From assembly GCA_031409275.1 (NCBI GenBank), contig JANNXA010000033.1, positions 32,001 to 96,000 of the forward strand: 64,000 nucleotides of DNA, in the 5' to 3' direction. This stretch comes from Planctomycetota bacterium. GTDB taxonomy: Bacteria; Planctomycetota; B15-G4; SIAN01. The translations under genes and the position numbers were made by a program. The notes beneath the pieces are model-generated. The model made no database searches. It was given only the letters and a program-made list of their open reading frames with translations, and was not told the origin of the DNA. Numbering within the stretch: the first letter of the stretch is position 1; every line of letters starts with the position of its first letter. Below are positions 48,288-59,616 of this stretch, piece by piece.

Positions 48288-49373
48288 CTAGGCGGCGCCG
48301 CTCGCCTTGCGCAGCGCCGCGACATCGGCGGGGCTCCACAGCTCGGCGGTCCGCTCCTCCCAACTCGGCAGCGGCGCGAGGCGGTGGCTTGGCGTCGGCT
48401 CGTACCAGAACGCGGCGCAACTCCAGTCGTCGTAGCTCTCGCAGAGCTTTCCGTCCTTGAGGCCCAACTGCTGCACGGTGACGCGCGCCTCCTTCTGCCA
48501 GAGCACCGGATCGGGCAGATGCCAGCGATAGAGCGACGCGAAGCGACCCGAATGGAGCGTCGCGCCGTGATAGAGCGAGGCGCGCGGCGGCTGCCCGTGC
48601 GCGAGCCCTGACCAGTCGTCCGCACCGGGGCCGCACAACGTCGGGAAGGCGGAGTCGCCGTCGACGAAGACCTTCACTTCGCCCTCGCCCCAGAAGAAGT
48701 CGTGCAGCGCGCGCACGCCCAGCACCGCACCGAGGAAGCGGCCGCGCCCCTGGCGCAGCGGCAGGATCTCGAAGTCGCGACCGAGTGTGGTCGGGTTCTC
48801 GCGCCGGAAGGCGACGTGCAGGCGACCCACGGTGGATTCGTGCGGATCGCCGAGCGTGGCGGCGATCTGGAACGCGAACGGCAGCGGATGATCGCCGTCG
48901 TTGGCGATGGTGAGCCGCGCCCGCGTGCGAAACGGCTGCGGCAGCCACAGATGGAACGACCCCTGCACGTCGACCGAATGGACGGCGGTCGTGCAGGGCA
49001 CCGGTTGTCCGTGGGCGAAGCCCATCAGGTCGCCGAGCGGGCACTCGATGCTCGGATGCTCCTGGTCATCCCACCAGGCGCGCAACACGAGGCTGCGCAG
49101 CGCGAGTGGCGTCGGTTGCGTTGCGCACCAGAGGTCGCGCAGCGTGCCGGGGCCCTCGACGTCCGCGAGCTGCAGCGACTCGCCCGGTTGCAGCAAGCGT
49201 GCCGGCGCTCCCTTGCGACCGACGCCGAGATGGCTCGCGGCGCGTCCGCCCATGCCGGGGGCGCCGTTCTGGTTCTCGAAGTTGATCCAGCGCGTCTGGA
49301 GCTTGGGATCGAGCAGGTAGGGATGCACGGGGGGCCCTGAGCCGAAGGGAACCGATCGTCGTCGGGGTGCCAT
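48288..49373 (-). CDS. DUF2961 / glycoside hydrolase family 172-like protein
   Basis: FEN..G..G.GG, GRKG, GPG...W, PLGD.MG, WGEGEVKVFVDGD, AAFWY. Start uncertain. Confidence 0.82.
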   Translation of the reverse strand: MAPRRRSVPFGSGPPVHPYLLDPKLQTRWINFENQNGAPGMGGRAASHLGVGRKGAPARLLQPGESLQLADVEGPGTLRDLWCATQPTPLALRSLVLRAWWDDQEHPSIECPLGDLMGFAHGQPVPCTTAVHSVDVQGSFHLWLPQPFRTRARLTIANDGDHPLPFAFQIAATLGDPHESTVGRLHVAFRRENPTTLGRDFEILPLRQGRGRFLGAVLGVRALHDFFWGEGEVKVFVDGDSAFPTLCGPGADDWSGLAHGQPPRASLYHGATLHSGRFASLYRWHLPDPVLWQKEARVTVQQLGLKDGKLCESYDDWSCAAFWYEPTPSHRLAPLPSWEERTAELWSPADVAALRKASGAA

Positions 49374-49485
49374 TTTCCGCCAGCGGGGTGGCTGGGGGGT
49401 ACGCGCGAACGCGCACGCCGCCCGGAAGAGTCTTCCCGACGATCGGCGTGAGCCTCGGACGAACGGGAGGCGCCGGCGGGGGTGG

Positions 49486-50418
49486 TCAGCCCTGCCCGCC
49501 GTTCAGCACCTCGAGATGCTCCGCCACCGAAGCGGCGAGCGACCCGAGCTCGTACCCGCCCTCGAGAAGGGAAACGAGCCGGCCGTCGCACCGCTCGTCG
49601 GCCAGCGCGACGCACGCTGCGGTCAGGTGGCGGTAGCTCTCGGTCGTGAGCTCCTGCGTCGAGGAGCGATCGGCGTGATGCGCGCCGAACCCCGCGGAGA
49701 GCAGCAGGAACTGCGGTGCGAAGCGGCGAAGCGCCGGTGCGATCTCATCGTGGATCGCTGCGAGCCACTCGCGCTCGCCGGAACGAGGCGCCAGCGGGCA
49801 GTTCCTGGTGAAGTCGTCGCAGGCACGGCTGTCAGGGTCCGGGTCGGATTCGTGAACGCTCGCATAGAAGAACGAGCGGTCACCGGCGAGCGCGCGCTGA
49901 GTGCCGAGCCCGGGCTGCGCGTCGAAGTCGACGATCGCGACGCGTTCGACGCCGAGGCGATCGCGCAGCACGCGCGCCGCGATGGCGGCCTGATTGAAGA
50001 TGCAGTGGCCGCGAGCGAGCGTTGGCTCGGCGAGATGGCCCGGGGGGCGGCAGGCGACGAAGGCGTTCTTCCACTCGCCGCGAAGCACGCGCTCGCTCGC
50101 CTCGATGGCGCCGCCGACGGAGAGGCGCGCGGCGCGAAGAGTCCCCGCGACGATCACCGCCTGCTCGTCGAGCACGGTAGGGGCGATCTTCAGCGCGGCG
50201 CCCACGCGTTCGACGTAGGCCGGAGGGTGCACGCGCTCGATGTCAGCGCGACGAGCCATCTCCGGCTCGTGCAACCGCAACCGCTTCAGCAGTCCGGAGC
50301 TCGAGATCGTTGCCAGGATCATCTGCACTCGATCCGGGCGGTCAGGATGCTCCGGCCCCGGGTCGTGCCGGTGGGAATCGGGGTGGGCGACGAATCCGGT
50401 CGGGACGTTCGTGGGCAT
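49486..50418 (-). CDS. Histone deacetylase/AcuC-family protein with degenerate Zn site
   Basis: HPDRPDR, RPPGH, CIFN, VDFD, SAGF, LEGGY. Confidence 0.85.
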   Translation of the reverse strand: MPTNVPTGFVAHPDSHRHDPGPEHPDRPDRVQMILATISSSGLLKRLRLHEPEMARRADIERVHPPAYVERVGAALKIAPTVLDEQAVIVAGTLRAARLSVGGAIEASERVLRGEWKNAFVACRPPGHLAEPTLARGHCIFNQAAIAARVLRDRLGVERVAIVDFDAQPGLGTQRALAGDRSFFYASVHESDPDPDSRACDDFTRNCPLAPRSGEREWLAAIHDEIAPALRRFAPQFLLLSAGFGAHHADRSSTQELTTESYRHLTAACVALADERCDGRLVSLLEGGYELGSLAASVAEHLEVLNGGQG

Positions 50419-50530
50419 CGATCCCTCGCTTGGGGGTTCACGGCGGAAGCTCCACGCGTCGCGCGACGACATGGGTGCGATTCGACGCTCGCGAACGCGC
50501 GGCCAGTCGCGCCTCGGTGAAGCGTCGTCA

Positions 50531-50606
50531 AGGTGGGGTCAATCACCCTGAATCGTGGGTCAATCGCACTGCCCGAATGATGAATGGGTGGGTTGATCCA
50601 CCCATT
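50531..50606. promoter_or_regulatory. Candidate operator cluster upstream of the nar/act operon
   Basis: GGGTCAATC at 50536 and 50557; inverted repeat AATGGGTGG-N6-CCACCCATT at 50583-50606. Confidence 0.5.
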
Positions 50607-50704
50607 TCCGGGCTCTCTCGCCAGCGCTCGCCGCGCCAGCGCGGCGTTTCGATCAGCGGCACCGCCATTGCCTAGCACCAACACCACTCTGGGAGGCGGA
50701 GAGC

Positions 50705-51550
50705 ATGCGGCGATCGATCTTGCTGGGACTCCTGACGATCGGGCTGGCCGCATGGTGCCCCGTCGCGCAAGCCCAGGCCCCGTCCGAGGAGACGATCGCC
50801 TACTTCCAACAGAACTGCACCAGCTGCCACACGATCGGCGGCGGGCGGTTGGCGGGTCCCGACCTCAAGGGCGCGCTCCAGCGACGCGATCGGGACTGGC
50901 TGGTGAAGTTCACCCTCGATCCGAAGTCGGTGATCGACTCGGGCGACGCCTACGCGCAGAACCTCCTCAAGGAGGCGCGCGGCGTGGTGATGCCGGCGAT
51001 CCCGACGATGACACGCGATCGAGCGGGGCGATTGATCGACATGATCGAGGCGGAGTCGAAGCTCGAACGCTCGCAGTTCGCAGGCACGCAGATCAGCGAA
51101 AGGCCGCTCACCGCCGCCGACGCTGAACTGGGCGCACGCCTCTTCCGCGGCACGCAGCGATTCGCGCGCGGCTCCCCGGCCTGCATCGGGTGCCACACGA
51201 CTCGCGAGATCGGCGGGCTCGGGGGCGGCGTCCTCGGCCCGGACCTCACGGCAGCGTACTCGCGGATCGAGGGTCGCAAGGCGTTGGCGGCGTGGCTCTC
51301 GTCACCGCCGTCTCTGACGATGGCGCCCGTCTACCGTCGCAGCCCGCTCGACCCGGACGAGGTGCTCGCCGTGGTCGCGTACCTGCAAGTCGTGGCCGAG
51401 CAGGGCGCACCCCCCGATCCGCCGCCGACGCTCGCGCTGGTTCTGTCGGGTTGCGGCGGCGCCGGCCTCGTGATCTTCCTGTTCGATTTCCTTTGGCGGG
51501 GGCGCTTCCGTGATGTGCGCCGCTCGCTGGTAGAGCGGGGACGTGCATGA
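50705..51550 (+). CDS. narC: Membrane-anchored di-heme cytochrome c (NarC-like)
   Basis: Signal peptide; CTSCH and CIGCH; GPDL twice; C-terminal TM; overlaps the narG start. Confidence 0.8.
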   Translation: MRRSILLGLLTIGLAAWCPVAQAQAPSEETIAYFQQNCTSCHTIGGGRLAGPDLKGALQRRDRDWLVKFTLDPKSVIDSGDAYAQNLLKEARGVVMPAIPTMTRDRAGRLIDMIEAESKLERSQFAGTQISERPLTAADAELGARLFRGTQRFARGSPACIGCHTTREIGGLGGGVLGPDLTAAYSRIEGRKALAAWLSSPPSLTMAPVYRRSPLDPDEVLAVVAYLQVVAEQGAPPDPPPTLALVLSGCGGAGLVIFLFDFLWRGRFRDVRRSLVERGRA

Positions 51551-54500
51551 ACTTCGACGGCAAGCATCCCTTCATCGACGATCGAGTCGATGCCGGCGCG
51601 CGACAGTGGGAGGAGTTCTATCGCAACCGCTGGCAGCACGACAAAGTCGTGCGCAGCACGCACGGCGTCAACTGCACCGGATCGTGCTCGTGGCAGATCC
51701 ACGTCAAGGACGGGATCGTCACCTGGGAGATGCAGGGGCTCGACTACCCGCGCATCTCGTCCGAGATCCCGCCCTACGAGCCGCGCGGATGCCAGCGCGG
51801 GATCTCCTACTCGTGGTACCTCTATTCGCCGATGCGGGTGAAGCACCCGTACATCCGCGGCGCGCTGCTCGATCTCTGGAAGGAAGCGCGCGCGCAGCAT
51901 GACGATCCGGTCGATGCATGGCGCAGCCTCGTCGACGACCCGGTCAAGCGGGCGCGCTGGCAGCGGGCGCGCGGCAAGGGAGGTTTGCGTCGCGCGAGCT
52001 GGGAGACGGCCCTCGACATCGTCTCCGCTTCGGCGATCCACACGATCCAGCGCCACGGGCCCGATCGAATCGCCGGCTTCTCCCCGATTCCCGCGATGTC
52101 GATGCTCTCGTATGCGGCCGGCGCGCGAATGCTGCAGTTGATGGGCGGCGTGAGCCTGTCGTTCTACGACCGGTACTGCGACCTGCCGAGCGCGTCGCCC
52201 GAGACCTGGGGCGAACAAACCGACGTCAACGAGTCGGCCGACTGGTTCCACGCCAAGATGATCGCCGTCTGCGGCTCGAACCTGAACATGACCCGCACGC
52301 CGGACGTGCACTTCGCCGCCGAGGCGCGCACGAACGGCAGCAAGATGGTCGTCTTCTCGCCGGACTTCTCGCAGGTCTCGAAGTTCGCGGACGAGTGGAT
52401 CGCGGTCAACGCGGGGCAGGACGGCGCGTGGTGGATGGCGGTGAATCACGTCATCCTGAAGGAGTTCCACCACGATCGCGCGTGCAAGCCGTTCCTCGAC
52501 CACGTGCGCGGCTTCTCCGATGCGCCGTTCCTCATCGAGTTGATCACGACACCCGCGGGCACCCGTCCCGGTCGGATGGTGCCGGCCGGTCGCCTCGAGC
52601 GCTACGCCGCCGAGGACAACGGCGACTGGAAGTTCCTCCAGTGGGATCGCACCAGCGGCGAGCCCCGGATGCCACTCGGCAGCGTCGGCCATCGCTGGTC
52701 GAAAGAGAAGGGCAAGTGGAACCTGCAGCCGAAGGACGGGCGTGACGGCAGCGGCATCGATGCGGAGCTCTCGTTCCTCGGCGCCGGGGACGGCGTCGAG
52801 ATGGTGGAGTTCGACGACTTCGGCGGCGACACGACCCTGACACGCGGAGTGCCGTACAAGGTCCTGCAGACCAAGGGCGGTCCGATCAAGGTCGCGACGA
52901 TCTACGACGTCTTGATGGCGCAGTACGGCGTTCCGCGCGGCCTGCCGGGCGCCTACCCCACGAGCTACGACGACGAGACGTCACCCTACACGCCCGCCTG
53001 GTCGGAGAAGTACACCGGGATCGATCGCAAGACGTTGCTGCGGTTCGCGCGCGAGTGGGCGTCGACGGCCGAATCCACCGGCGGCAAGTGCAGCGTGATC
53101 ATCGGTGCAGGCATCAACCACTGGTACCACGCCAACCTCATGTACCGGGCAGCCATCCACGCCCTGGTCTTCTGTGGTTGTGTGGGCGTGAACGGCGGCG
53201 GCCTCGCCCACTACGTCGGCCAGGAGAAGCTCGCGCCGATGGAGCCGTGGTCGGCGATCGCGTTCGCGAAGGACTGGTATCCGTCCTCGCGCCTGCAGAA
53301 CACGCCGAGCTGGCACTACGTGCACAGCGATCAGTGGCGCTACGAGAAGAACTTCAGCGACTACTCGGCGACGCCGCACGCCAACGAGGAGGGCAGTTTC
53401 GTCACCGGTCATTCGATCGACCAGAACGTGCGCGCGGTGCGCAACGGGTGGTTGCCCTTCTATCCGCAGTTCACCTGCAATCCGCTCGACGTCACGAAGG
53501 CCGCCGAGAAGGCGGGCGCCACCGATGAAGCGGGCGTGGTGCGCCACGTCGTCGATCGCCTGAAGTCACGCGACCTCAAGTTCGCGATCGAGGATCCGGA
53601 CGCCCCGGAGTCGTGGCCTCGGCTCTGGTTCATCTGGCGCGGCAACGCGCTCATGTCGTCGGCGAAGGGGCACGAGTACTTCCTCAAGCACTATCTCGGC
53701 ACGCACCACAACGACATCGCGGAAGACCTCGCCGAAGGCTCGGTGAAGGAGGTCACTTGGCGCAGCCCCGCGCCCGAAGGGAAGCTCGACCTCGTCGTCG
53801 ACCTGAACTTCCGGATGGACACCACGGCCCTCTACTCCGACGTGATCCTCCCGGCGGCCACGTGGTACGAGAAGGCTGACCTCAACTCGACGGACATGCA
53901 CAGTTTCATCCACCCGCTGTCGGCAGCCGTGCCGCCTTGCTGGGAGTCGAAGAGCGACTGGGACATCTTCCGAGCCATCTCGAAGCGCTTTTCCGAACTG
54001 GCGGTGAAGCACTTTCCGGGACCGGTCAAGGACCTCGTCGCGGCGCCGCTCGCGCACGACACGCCGGCCGAGATCGCGCAGCGCGATCCAAAGGATTGGA
54101 GCCGCGGCGAGTGCGACGCGGTGCCGGGCAAGACGATGCCGTCGTTCAAGGTGGTCGAGCGCGACTACCGGAAGCTCTACCAGCAATTCATCGCCCTCGG
54201 ACCGAAGGTGCGCGAGAACGGGCTGGGCGCCCACGGAACGCACTACAAAGTCGATGACGTCTACGACGAGATGGTGGCGACCGGGCCCGTGACGCGGGTC
54301 GATGACCGACTCCACCCTTCGCTCGAGGATGCCACCCAGGCCTGCGACGTCGTGCTGGGGATGGCGAGCGTCACCAACGGCGAGCTCGCCTGGCGTTCCT
54401 ACAAGGCCATGGAAGAGAAGGTCGGCCTGCCGCTCGCGGATCTCGCCGCCGGGAACCGCGGTGCGCGCCTGCGCTACAAGGACCTGCAGGCGCAACCGCG

Positions 54501-55188
54501 CCGGCTGCTGAACAGCCCGATGTGGTCGGGGCTCGTCGACAACGGCCGCACCTATGCGCCGTTCACCTACAACCGCGAGCGGCTCGTTCCGTGGCGCACG
54601 CTGACCGGGCGCCAGCATCTCTACCTCGACCACGAGGCGTACCTGCAGGCCGGCGAGCACCTGCCGACCTACAAGCAGAAGCTGCTGCCCGCGCAGTACG
54701 CCGACTTGCGCTTCAGCAAGGACGACGGCGGCGCGGTGATGCTGAACTACCTCACGCCGCACGGCAAATGGCACATCCACTCGACGTACGGCGAGACCGA
54801 GAGGATGACGACGCTGTCGCGCGGCTGCGAGCCGCTGTGGCTCAGCCTGAAGGACGCGGACGCGATCGGCATCGCGGACAACGACTGGGTCGAAGTGCAC
54901 AACGACAACGGCGTGGTCGTCACGCGCGCCGTCGTCAGCGCCCGCATCCCGTCCGGGATCTGCATCCAATACCACAGCCCGGAGCGCACGTGCGGCGTGC
55001 CGCGATCGCCGTCTCGAAATGGCCGGCGTGCAGGCGGCCACAACAGCCTGACACGCACCCGGCTCAAGCCGAACCTGATGATCGGCGGCTACGGGCAGTT
55101 CACCTACCACTTCAACTACTGGGGCCCGATCGGCTGCAACCGCGACACGCATGTTCTGGTGCGTCGGCTGCCCGAGCTGCGCTGGTAG
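51547..55188 (+). CDS. narG: Respiratory nitrate reductase alpha subunit
   Basis: [45 protein letters not shown]; no Tat signal. Confidence 0.97.
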   Translation: MNFDGKHPFIDDRVDAGARQWEEFYRNRWQHDKVVRSTHGVNCTGSCSWQIHVKDGIVTWEMQGLDYPRISSEIPPYEPRGCQRGISYSWYLYSPMRVKHPYIRGALLDLWKEARAQHDDPVDAWRSLVDDPVKRARWQRARGKGGLRRASWETALDIVSASAIHTIQRHGPDRIAGFSPIPAMSMLSYAAGARMLQLMGGVSLSFYDRYCDLPSASPETWGEQTDVNESADWFHAKMIAVCGSNLNMTRTPDVHFAAEARTNGSKMVVFSPDFSQVSKFADEWIAVNAGQDGAWWMAVNHVILKEFHHDRACKPFLDHVRGFSDAPFLIELITTPAGTRPGRMVPAGRLERYAAEDNGDWKFLQWDRTSGEPRMPLGSVGHRWSKEKGKWNLQPKDGRDGSGIDAELSFLGAGDGVEMVEFDDFGGDTTLTRGVPYKVLQTKGGPIKVATIYDVLMAQYGVPRGLPGAYPTSYDDETSPYTPAWSEKYTGIDRKTLLRFAREWASTAESTGGKCSVIIGAGINHWYHANLMYRAAIHALVFCGCVGVNGGGLAHYVGQEKLAPMEPWSAIAFAKDWYPSSRLQNTPSWHYVHSDQWRYEKNFSDYSATPHANEEGSFVTGHSIDQNVRAVRNGWLPFYPQFTCNPLDVTKAAEKAGATDEAGVVRHVVDRLKSRDLKFAIEDPDAPESWPRLWFIWRGNALMSSAKGHEYFLKHYLGTHHNDIAEDLAEGSVKEVTWRSPAPEGKLDLVVDLNFRMDTTALYSDVILPAATWYEKADLNSTDMHSFIHPLSAAVPPCWESKSDWDIFRAISKRFSELAVKHFPGPVKDLVAAPLAHDTPAEIAQRDPKDWSRGECDAVPGKTMPSFKVVERDYRKLYQQFIALGPKVRENGLGAHGTHYKVDDVYDEMVATGPVTRVDDRLHPSLEDATQACDVVLGMASVTNGELAWRSYKAMEEKVGLPLADLAAGNRGARLRYKDLQAQPRRLLNSPMWSGLVDNGRTYAPFTYNRERLVPWRTLTGRQHLYLDHEAYLQAGEHLPTYKQKLLPAQYADLRFSKDDGGAVMLNYLTPHGKWHIHSTYGETERMTTLSRGCEPLWLSLKDADAIGIADNDWVEVHNDNGVVVTRAVVSARIPSGICIQYHSPERTCGVPRSPSRNGRRAGGHNSLTRTRLKPNLMIGGYGQFTYHFNYWGPIGCNRDTHVLVRRLPELRW

Positions 55189-55219
55189 CGAGTCGGTCAA
55201 AAGGGCGGAGAGAAGAGAC

Positions 55220-56713
55220 ATGGACGTCCGTTCGCAGATCGCGATGGTGTTCCACCTGGACAAGTGCATCGGATGCCACACGTGCAGCATCGCGTGCAAG
55301 AACATCTGGACCGACCGAGAAGGCACGGAGTACATGTGGTGGAACAACGTCGAGACGAAGCCGGGCACGGGCTTCCCGACGCAGTGGGAGAACCAGGAGA
55401 AGTACAAGGGCGGCTGGGAGAGCGACGGCGAGAAGCTGCGGCTGCGATCGAACGGCAAGGCCCGGATCGTCCCGAACATCTTCCACAACCCGAACCTGCC
55501 GAGCCTCGACGACTACTACGAGCCGTGGACGTATCGCTACTCCGATCTCTTCCAGGCACCCGAGGGCGACGACCAGCCGACCGCCATCCCGATCTCGAAG
55601 ATCACCGGCGAACCGATCGAAGTGAAGTCGGGCCCGAACTGGGACGATGATCTCGGCGGCTCGCGGATCTACGCCCAGGGCGATCCGAACATGCAGAAGC
55701 TGTCGCCACATCTGCAGGAGCAGATGCTCGCGATCGAGCGGCTGGTGTTCTTCTACTTGCCGCGCATCTGCAACCACTGCCTGAACCCGTCGTGCGTCGC
55801 GGCGTGCCCCGCTGGCGCGCTCTACAAGCGGGGTGAGGACGGCATCGTCCTCCTCAACCAGGATCGCTGCCGTGGCTGGCGCGCGTGCGTGTCGGCCTGC
55901 CCCTACAAGAAGACCTACTACAACTGGAAGACGGGCAAGTCCGAGAAGTGCATCCTCTGCTTCCCGCGGCTCGAAAGCGGCCAGGCGCCAGCGTGCTTCC
56001 ACTCGTGCGTCGGCCGCATCCGCTACCTCGGCAACGTCCTGTACGACGCCGATCGATTGCTCGAGCTGGCGAACAAGCCGGATCATGAGCTCGTCGACGC
56101 CCAGCGCGAGATGCTGCTCGACCCGCACGATCCGAAAGTGATCGATGCCGCGCGCAAGAACGGGATCCACGAAGGGATCATCGAGTCGGCGCAGAGATCA
56201 CCGGTCGACAAGTTCGTTCGCGTCTGGAAGATCGCCCTGCCGCCGCACGTCGAGTTCCGGACGTTCCCGATGCTCTTCTACGTCCCGCCGTTGCTGCCAG
56301 TCATGGCCGCCAAGGTCGACGGCAAGCTCGACAACCAGACGGTCGGGATGTTCGGGGACATCGAGAAGGCGCGAGCGCCGATCCAGTACCTCGCCAGCCT
56401 CTTCAGCGCCGGCAACGAGGGGAAGCTCCGCTACGCGTTGAAGAAGCAGGTGGCGGTTCGCCTCCTTCGCCGCCACCTCACCGTCGGCGACGTCAGTCGC
56501 CAGACCGTCGACTTCGCGCTGGCGGAGGCCGACTGCACCGAGAGCGAGGCGAACGAGATCTACCGTCTCACGGCGCTCGCGACGGAAGACGATCGCTTCG
56601 TCATCCCGCCGTTCCAGCGCGAGATGGCGATCGAGATGGTCGAGGATCCGCAGGAGTGGAAGCAGTCGGCAGGCTTCGGCTACCGGCAGTCGCCGCAGGA
56701 AAGGAGACTGTGA
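55220..56713 (+). CDS. narH: Respiratory nitrate reductase beta subunit
   Basis: LDKCIGCHTCSIACK, PRICNHCLNPSC, CRGWRACVSACPY, EKCILC. Confidence 0.97.
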   Translation: MDVRSQIAMVFHLDKCIGCHTCSIACKNIWTDREGTEYMWWNNVETKPGTGFPTQWENQEKYKGGWESDGEKLRLRSNGKARIVPNIFHNPNLPSLDDYYEPWTYRYSDLFQAPEGDDQPTAIPISKITGEPIEVKSGPNWDDDLGGSRIYAQGDPNMQKLSPHLQEQMLAIERLVFFYLPRICNHCLNPSCVAACPAGALYKRGEDGIVLLNQDRCRGWRACVSACPYKKTYYNWKTGKSEKCILCFPRLESGQAPACFHSCVGRIRYLGNVLYDADRLLELANKPDHELVDAQREMLLDPHDPKVIDAARKNGIHEGIIESAQRSPVDKFVRVWKIALPPHVEFRTFPMLFYVPPLLPVMAAKVDGKLDNQTVGMFGDIEKARAPIQYLASLFSAGNEGKLRYALKKQVAVRLLRRHLTVGDVSRQTVDFALAEADCTESEANEIYRLTALATEDDRFVIPPFQREMAIEMVEDPQEWKQSAGFGYRQSPQERRL

Positions 56714-56714
56714 C

Positions 56715-57308
56715 ATGGAGGCCATGCTCGATCGCGCCTTGTTGCCAGCTCTGGCCGAACTCCTCGACTATCCGGGAGTGGATCCGCGCGCACAGCTCGC
56801 GGCAGCCAGGCAGCTCGCGGATTCCCTCGCGCCGGAGGCACGTGCCGAGCTGATCGCGTTCGTCGACTGGGCGGAAAGCCGCCCGAACGGTGAGCTCGAG
56901 GAGATCTACGCCGCGACTTTCGACTCGAGCGAGACCTGCGCGCTCGAGCTCGGGTGGCATGTCTACGGCGAAACCTATCCGCGCGGGATCTTCCTGGTCG
57001 AGATGCGGCAGCGGCTGCGAGAGGCCGGCATCGACGAGCGCAGCGAGCTTCCCGACCACCTGTCGCAGGTGTTGCGTTGGCTGGCATGCGCCGACTTCAA
57101 GCAGGGGCACGGCGAAGCGGCGCGGGTCGCACGGATGGTCGTGATCCCCGCCGTTCGCGCGATCGTCGCCGGACTCGAGCAGGCGCATAGCCCCTACGCG
57201 CCGCTGCTCCGCGCCGCCGGCTTCGCGCTCCATCCGAAGTTCCTCGAGCAGACGGCGGCGCAGCGCCCCGAGCCGGCCTCGCCCGAACTCGAAGGAGGCT
57301 GCTCGTGA
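56715..57308 (+). CDS. narJ: Nitrate reductase Moco assembly chaperone
   Basis: LLDYP, YAATFD, ELPDHL; position in the operon. Confidence 0.9.
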   Translation: MEAMLDRALLPALAELLDYPGVDPRAQLAAARQLADSLAPEARAELIAFVDWAESRPNGELEEIYAATFDSSETCALELGWHVYGETYPRGIFLVEMRQRLREAGIDERSELPDHLSQVLRWLACADFKQGHGEAARVARMVVIPAVRAIVAGLEQAHSPYAPLLRAAGFALHPKFLEQTAAQRPEPASPELEGGCS

Positions 57309-57994
57309 ATGACTACGTCTTGTTCGCGATCCTGCCCTACATCTCGATGGTGCTGTTCTTCGTCGTGACGATCCAGCGCTACCGGCAACGCAAGTTCACC
57401 TACTCGAGCCTGTCGTCCCAGTTCCTGGAGAACCGGCACCACTTCTTCGGATCGGTGCCGTTCCACTACGGGATCCTGGTGGTGCTCGCCGTGCACGTCC
57501 TGGCCTTCACCGCGCCGGACCTGGTGCTCGGCTGGAACGCGCGGCCGCTGCGACTCTGGGTCGGCGAGCTGACGGTCCTGGCGTTCGCCGTCCTCACACT
57601 GGTCGGATTGGCGAATCTCGTCATCCGCCGCATCACCCACCGGTTGGCCAAGCGCGTCACGACGCTCGGTGACTGGGGCGTCTACCTGCTGCTCGGAGTG
57701 CAGGTCGCTTCCGGCATCGGCGTCGCCGTCTTCCACGGCTGGGGCTCGTCGTGGTTCGCCACGTCCGCGACGCCGTGGCTGTGGTCGTTGATGAAGCTCC
57801 AGCCGGACATCAGCTTCGTCGCGCCGCTGCCGTGGCTCGTGAAGCTCCACATCGTCAACGCCTTCCTCCTCATCGCGTACTTCCCGTTCACGCGGCTCGT
57901 GCACGTGCTGGTCCTTCCCAATCCCTACCTGTGGCGCAAGGAGCAGGTCGTGGTGTGGAACCGTGATCGACGCACGACGCGCGCGGTCGAGTGA
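57305..57994 (+). CDS. narI: Nitrate reductase gamma subunit (cytochrome b)
   Basis: SSQFLE, FHYGI..H, KLH, PFTRLVH. Confidence 0.95.
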   Translation: MNDYVLFAILPYISMVLFFVVTIQRYRQRKFTYSSLSSQFLENRHHFFGSVPFHYGILVVLAVHVLAFTAPDLVLGWNARPLRLWVGELTVLAFAVLTLVGLANLVIRRITHRLAKRVTTLGDWGVYLLLGVQVASGIGVAVFHGWGSSWFATSATPWLWSLMKLQPDISFVAPLPWLVKLHIVNAFLLIAYFPFTRLVHVLVLPNPYLWRKEQVVVWNRDRRTTRAVE

Positions 57995-58004
57995 GGAGTC
58001 CTCC

Positions 58005-59615
58005 ATGAGCACCTCCGTCGTCGATCCGTCACCTCCTGGCGCGGCCGTCCGCGGTGCCGCTGCATCGCCGCGCCTCGGGCGCTGGCGCACGTTCGAGCGG
58101 TTCAACCCTGACGACGCGGCTTCCTGGGAATCCGGCGGTCGGCGCGCGGCGCTGCGCAATCTCCTGATCAGCGTCCCGTGCCTCCTCTGCGGCTTCGCCG
58201 TCTGGGGCTACTGGTCGATCATCACCGTGCAGATGCAGAACCTCGGGTTCCCGTTCCGCAAGGAGCAGCTCTACACGCTCTCTGCGATCGCCGGGCTCGC
58301 GGGCGCGACGTTGCGCATTCCCAACTCGTTCTTCGTCGCGTTGGCGGGAGGGCGCAATGCGGTGGCCGCGACGACGGCACTGCTGCTCCTGCCGTCCATC
58401 GGCGCCGGCGTCGCGCTGCGCGATCCGCAGACTCCCTACAGCTGGTTCGTGATCCTCGCGGCGCTGTCGGGCATCGGCGGCGGCGCCTTCGCCTCCTCGA
58501 TGTCGAACATCTCGTTCTTCTTCCCGAAGCGCATGCAAGGCACCGCGCTGGGCGTCAACGCCGGGATCGGCAACCTCGGCGTGAGCCTGATGCAAGTGCT
58601 GCTGCCCTTCGTGATGGGCTTCGCGCTGTTCGGCGCCATCTCCGGTGATGGCCTTCCGTTGCCCGGGGCGGAGACTCCGACGCTGATCTGGCTCCAGAAC
58701 TGCGGATTGGTCTGGGTTCCAGGACTGGTCGTGCTCGCGATCGCCGCGTGGTTCGGCATGAACAACCTGCCGCAGCATGCCGCCGGCCATCCGCTCGGCG
58801 CCGTGGCGAAGATGCTCTGGCTCACGCTGCTCGGATTCGCTGCCGCGGCCGCGGGGCTCACGCTGCTCCTGATCGTCGGATGGAGCATGTGGATCGTCCT
58901 GCCGTTCACGATCATGCTGACCCTCGTGCTGATGCGATTCGCGACGCCTGCTCCCGTTCGGACGCGGCTGCGATCCCAGTTCGCGATCTTCCGCGAGAAG
59001 CACACCTGGGTGATGTCGTGGCTCTACACCATGACGTTCGGCTCGTTCATCGGGTACTCCTTCGCGTTCCCGAAGCTGATCCAGGATGTGTTCGGGACGC
59101 TCCCCGACGGGACCAAGAACCCGTTCGCGCCCAGTCCGCTGAAGTACGCGTGGCTGGGGGCGTTGGTCGGTTCGCTGATCCGTCCGCTCGGTGGATGGCT
59201 CTCGGACAAGTTCGGCGGGGCGCGCGTCACGCAGTGGGACACGGTCGTGATGATCGGCGCCGCGCTCGGCGTCGCGCACTACGTCAAGCTGGCCGGCGGC
59301 TCGCCGCATCCGGAGGAGTACTTCACTCCCTTCCTGCTGCTCTTCCTGCTGCTCTTCGTGACCACGGGAATCGGCAACGGCTCGACGTTCCGGATGATTC
59401 CGATCATCTTCAAGCCCGATCTGGCCGGCCCGATCCTCGGCTGGACATCGGCGATCGCCGCGTACGGCGCGTACATCGTCCCGAAGGTCTTCGGTGCCCA
59501 GATCCAGGCCAAGACCCCGCACTACGCGCTGTGGGGTTTCGCGATCTACTACGCCACCTGCCTCGCGGTGAACTGGTGGTACTACGCGCGGCGCGGCGCC
59601 GAAAGGCCGTGCTGA
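58005..59615 (+). CDS. narK: Nitrate/nitrite MFS transporter (NarK2-like)
   Basis: GATLRIP, GGGAFASSMSNISFFFPK, GIGNGSTF. Confidence 0.95.
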   Translation: MSTSVVDPSPPGAAVRGAAASPRLGRWRTFERFNPDDAASWESGGRRAALRNLLISVPCLLCGFAVWGYWSIITVQMQNLGFPFRKEQLYTLSAIAGLAGATLRIPNSFFVALAGGRNAVAATTALLLLPSIGAGVALRDPQTPYSWFVILAALSGIGGGAFASSMSNISFFFPKRMQGTALGVNAGIGNLGVSLMQVLLPFVMGFALFGAISGDGLPLPGAETPTLIWLQNCGLVWVPGLVVLAIAAWFGMNNLPQHAAGHPLGAVAKMLWLTLLGFAAAAAGLTLLLIVGWSMWIVLPFTIMLTLVLMRFATPAPVRTRLRSQFAIFREKHTWVMSWLYTMTFGSFIGYSFAFPKLIQDVFGTLPDGTKNPFAPSPLKYAWLGALVGSLIRPLGGWLSDKFGGARVTQWDTVVMIGAALGVAHYVKLAGGSPHPEEYFTPFLLLFLLLFVTTGIGNGSTFRMIPIIFKPDLAGPILGWTSAIAAYGAYIVPKVFGAQIQAKTPHYALWGFAIYYATCLAVNWWYYARRGAERPC

Positions 59616-59616
59616 G

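Noticed and set aside
50593..50606. FNR box
   Set aside because: Only the TTGAT half-site is present; no ATCAA at the required spacing.
51547..57994. Nitrite oxidoreductase or periplasmic Nar interpretation
   Set aside because: No Tat signal, and the narGHJI-narK layout fits cytoplasm-facing Nar; phylogeny is needed to exclude NXR fully.
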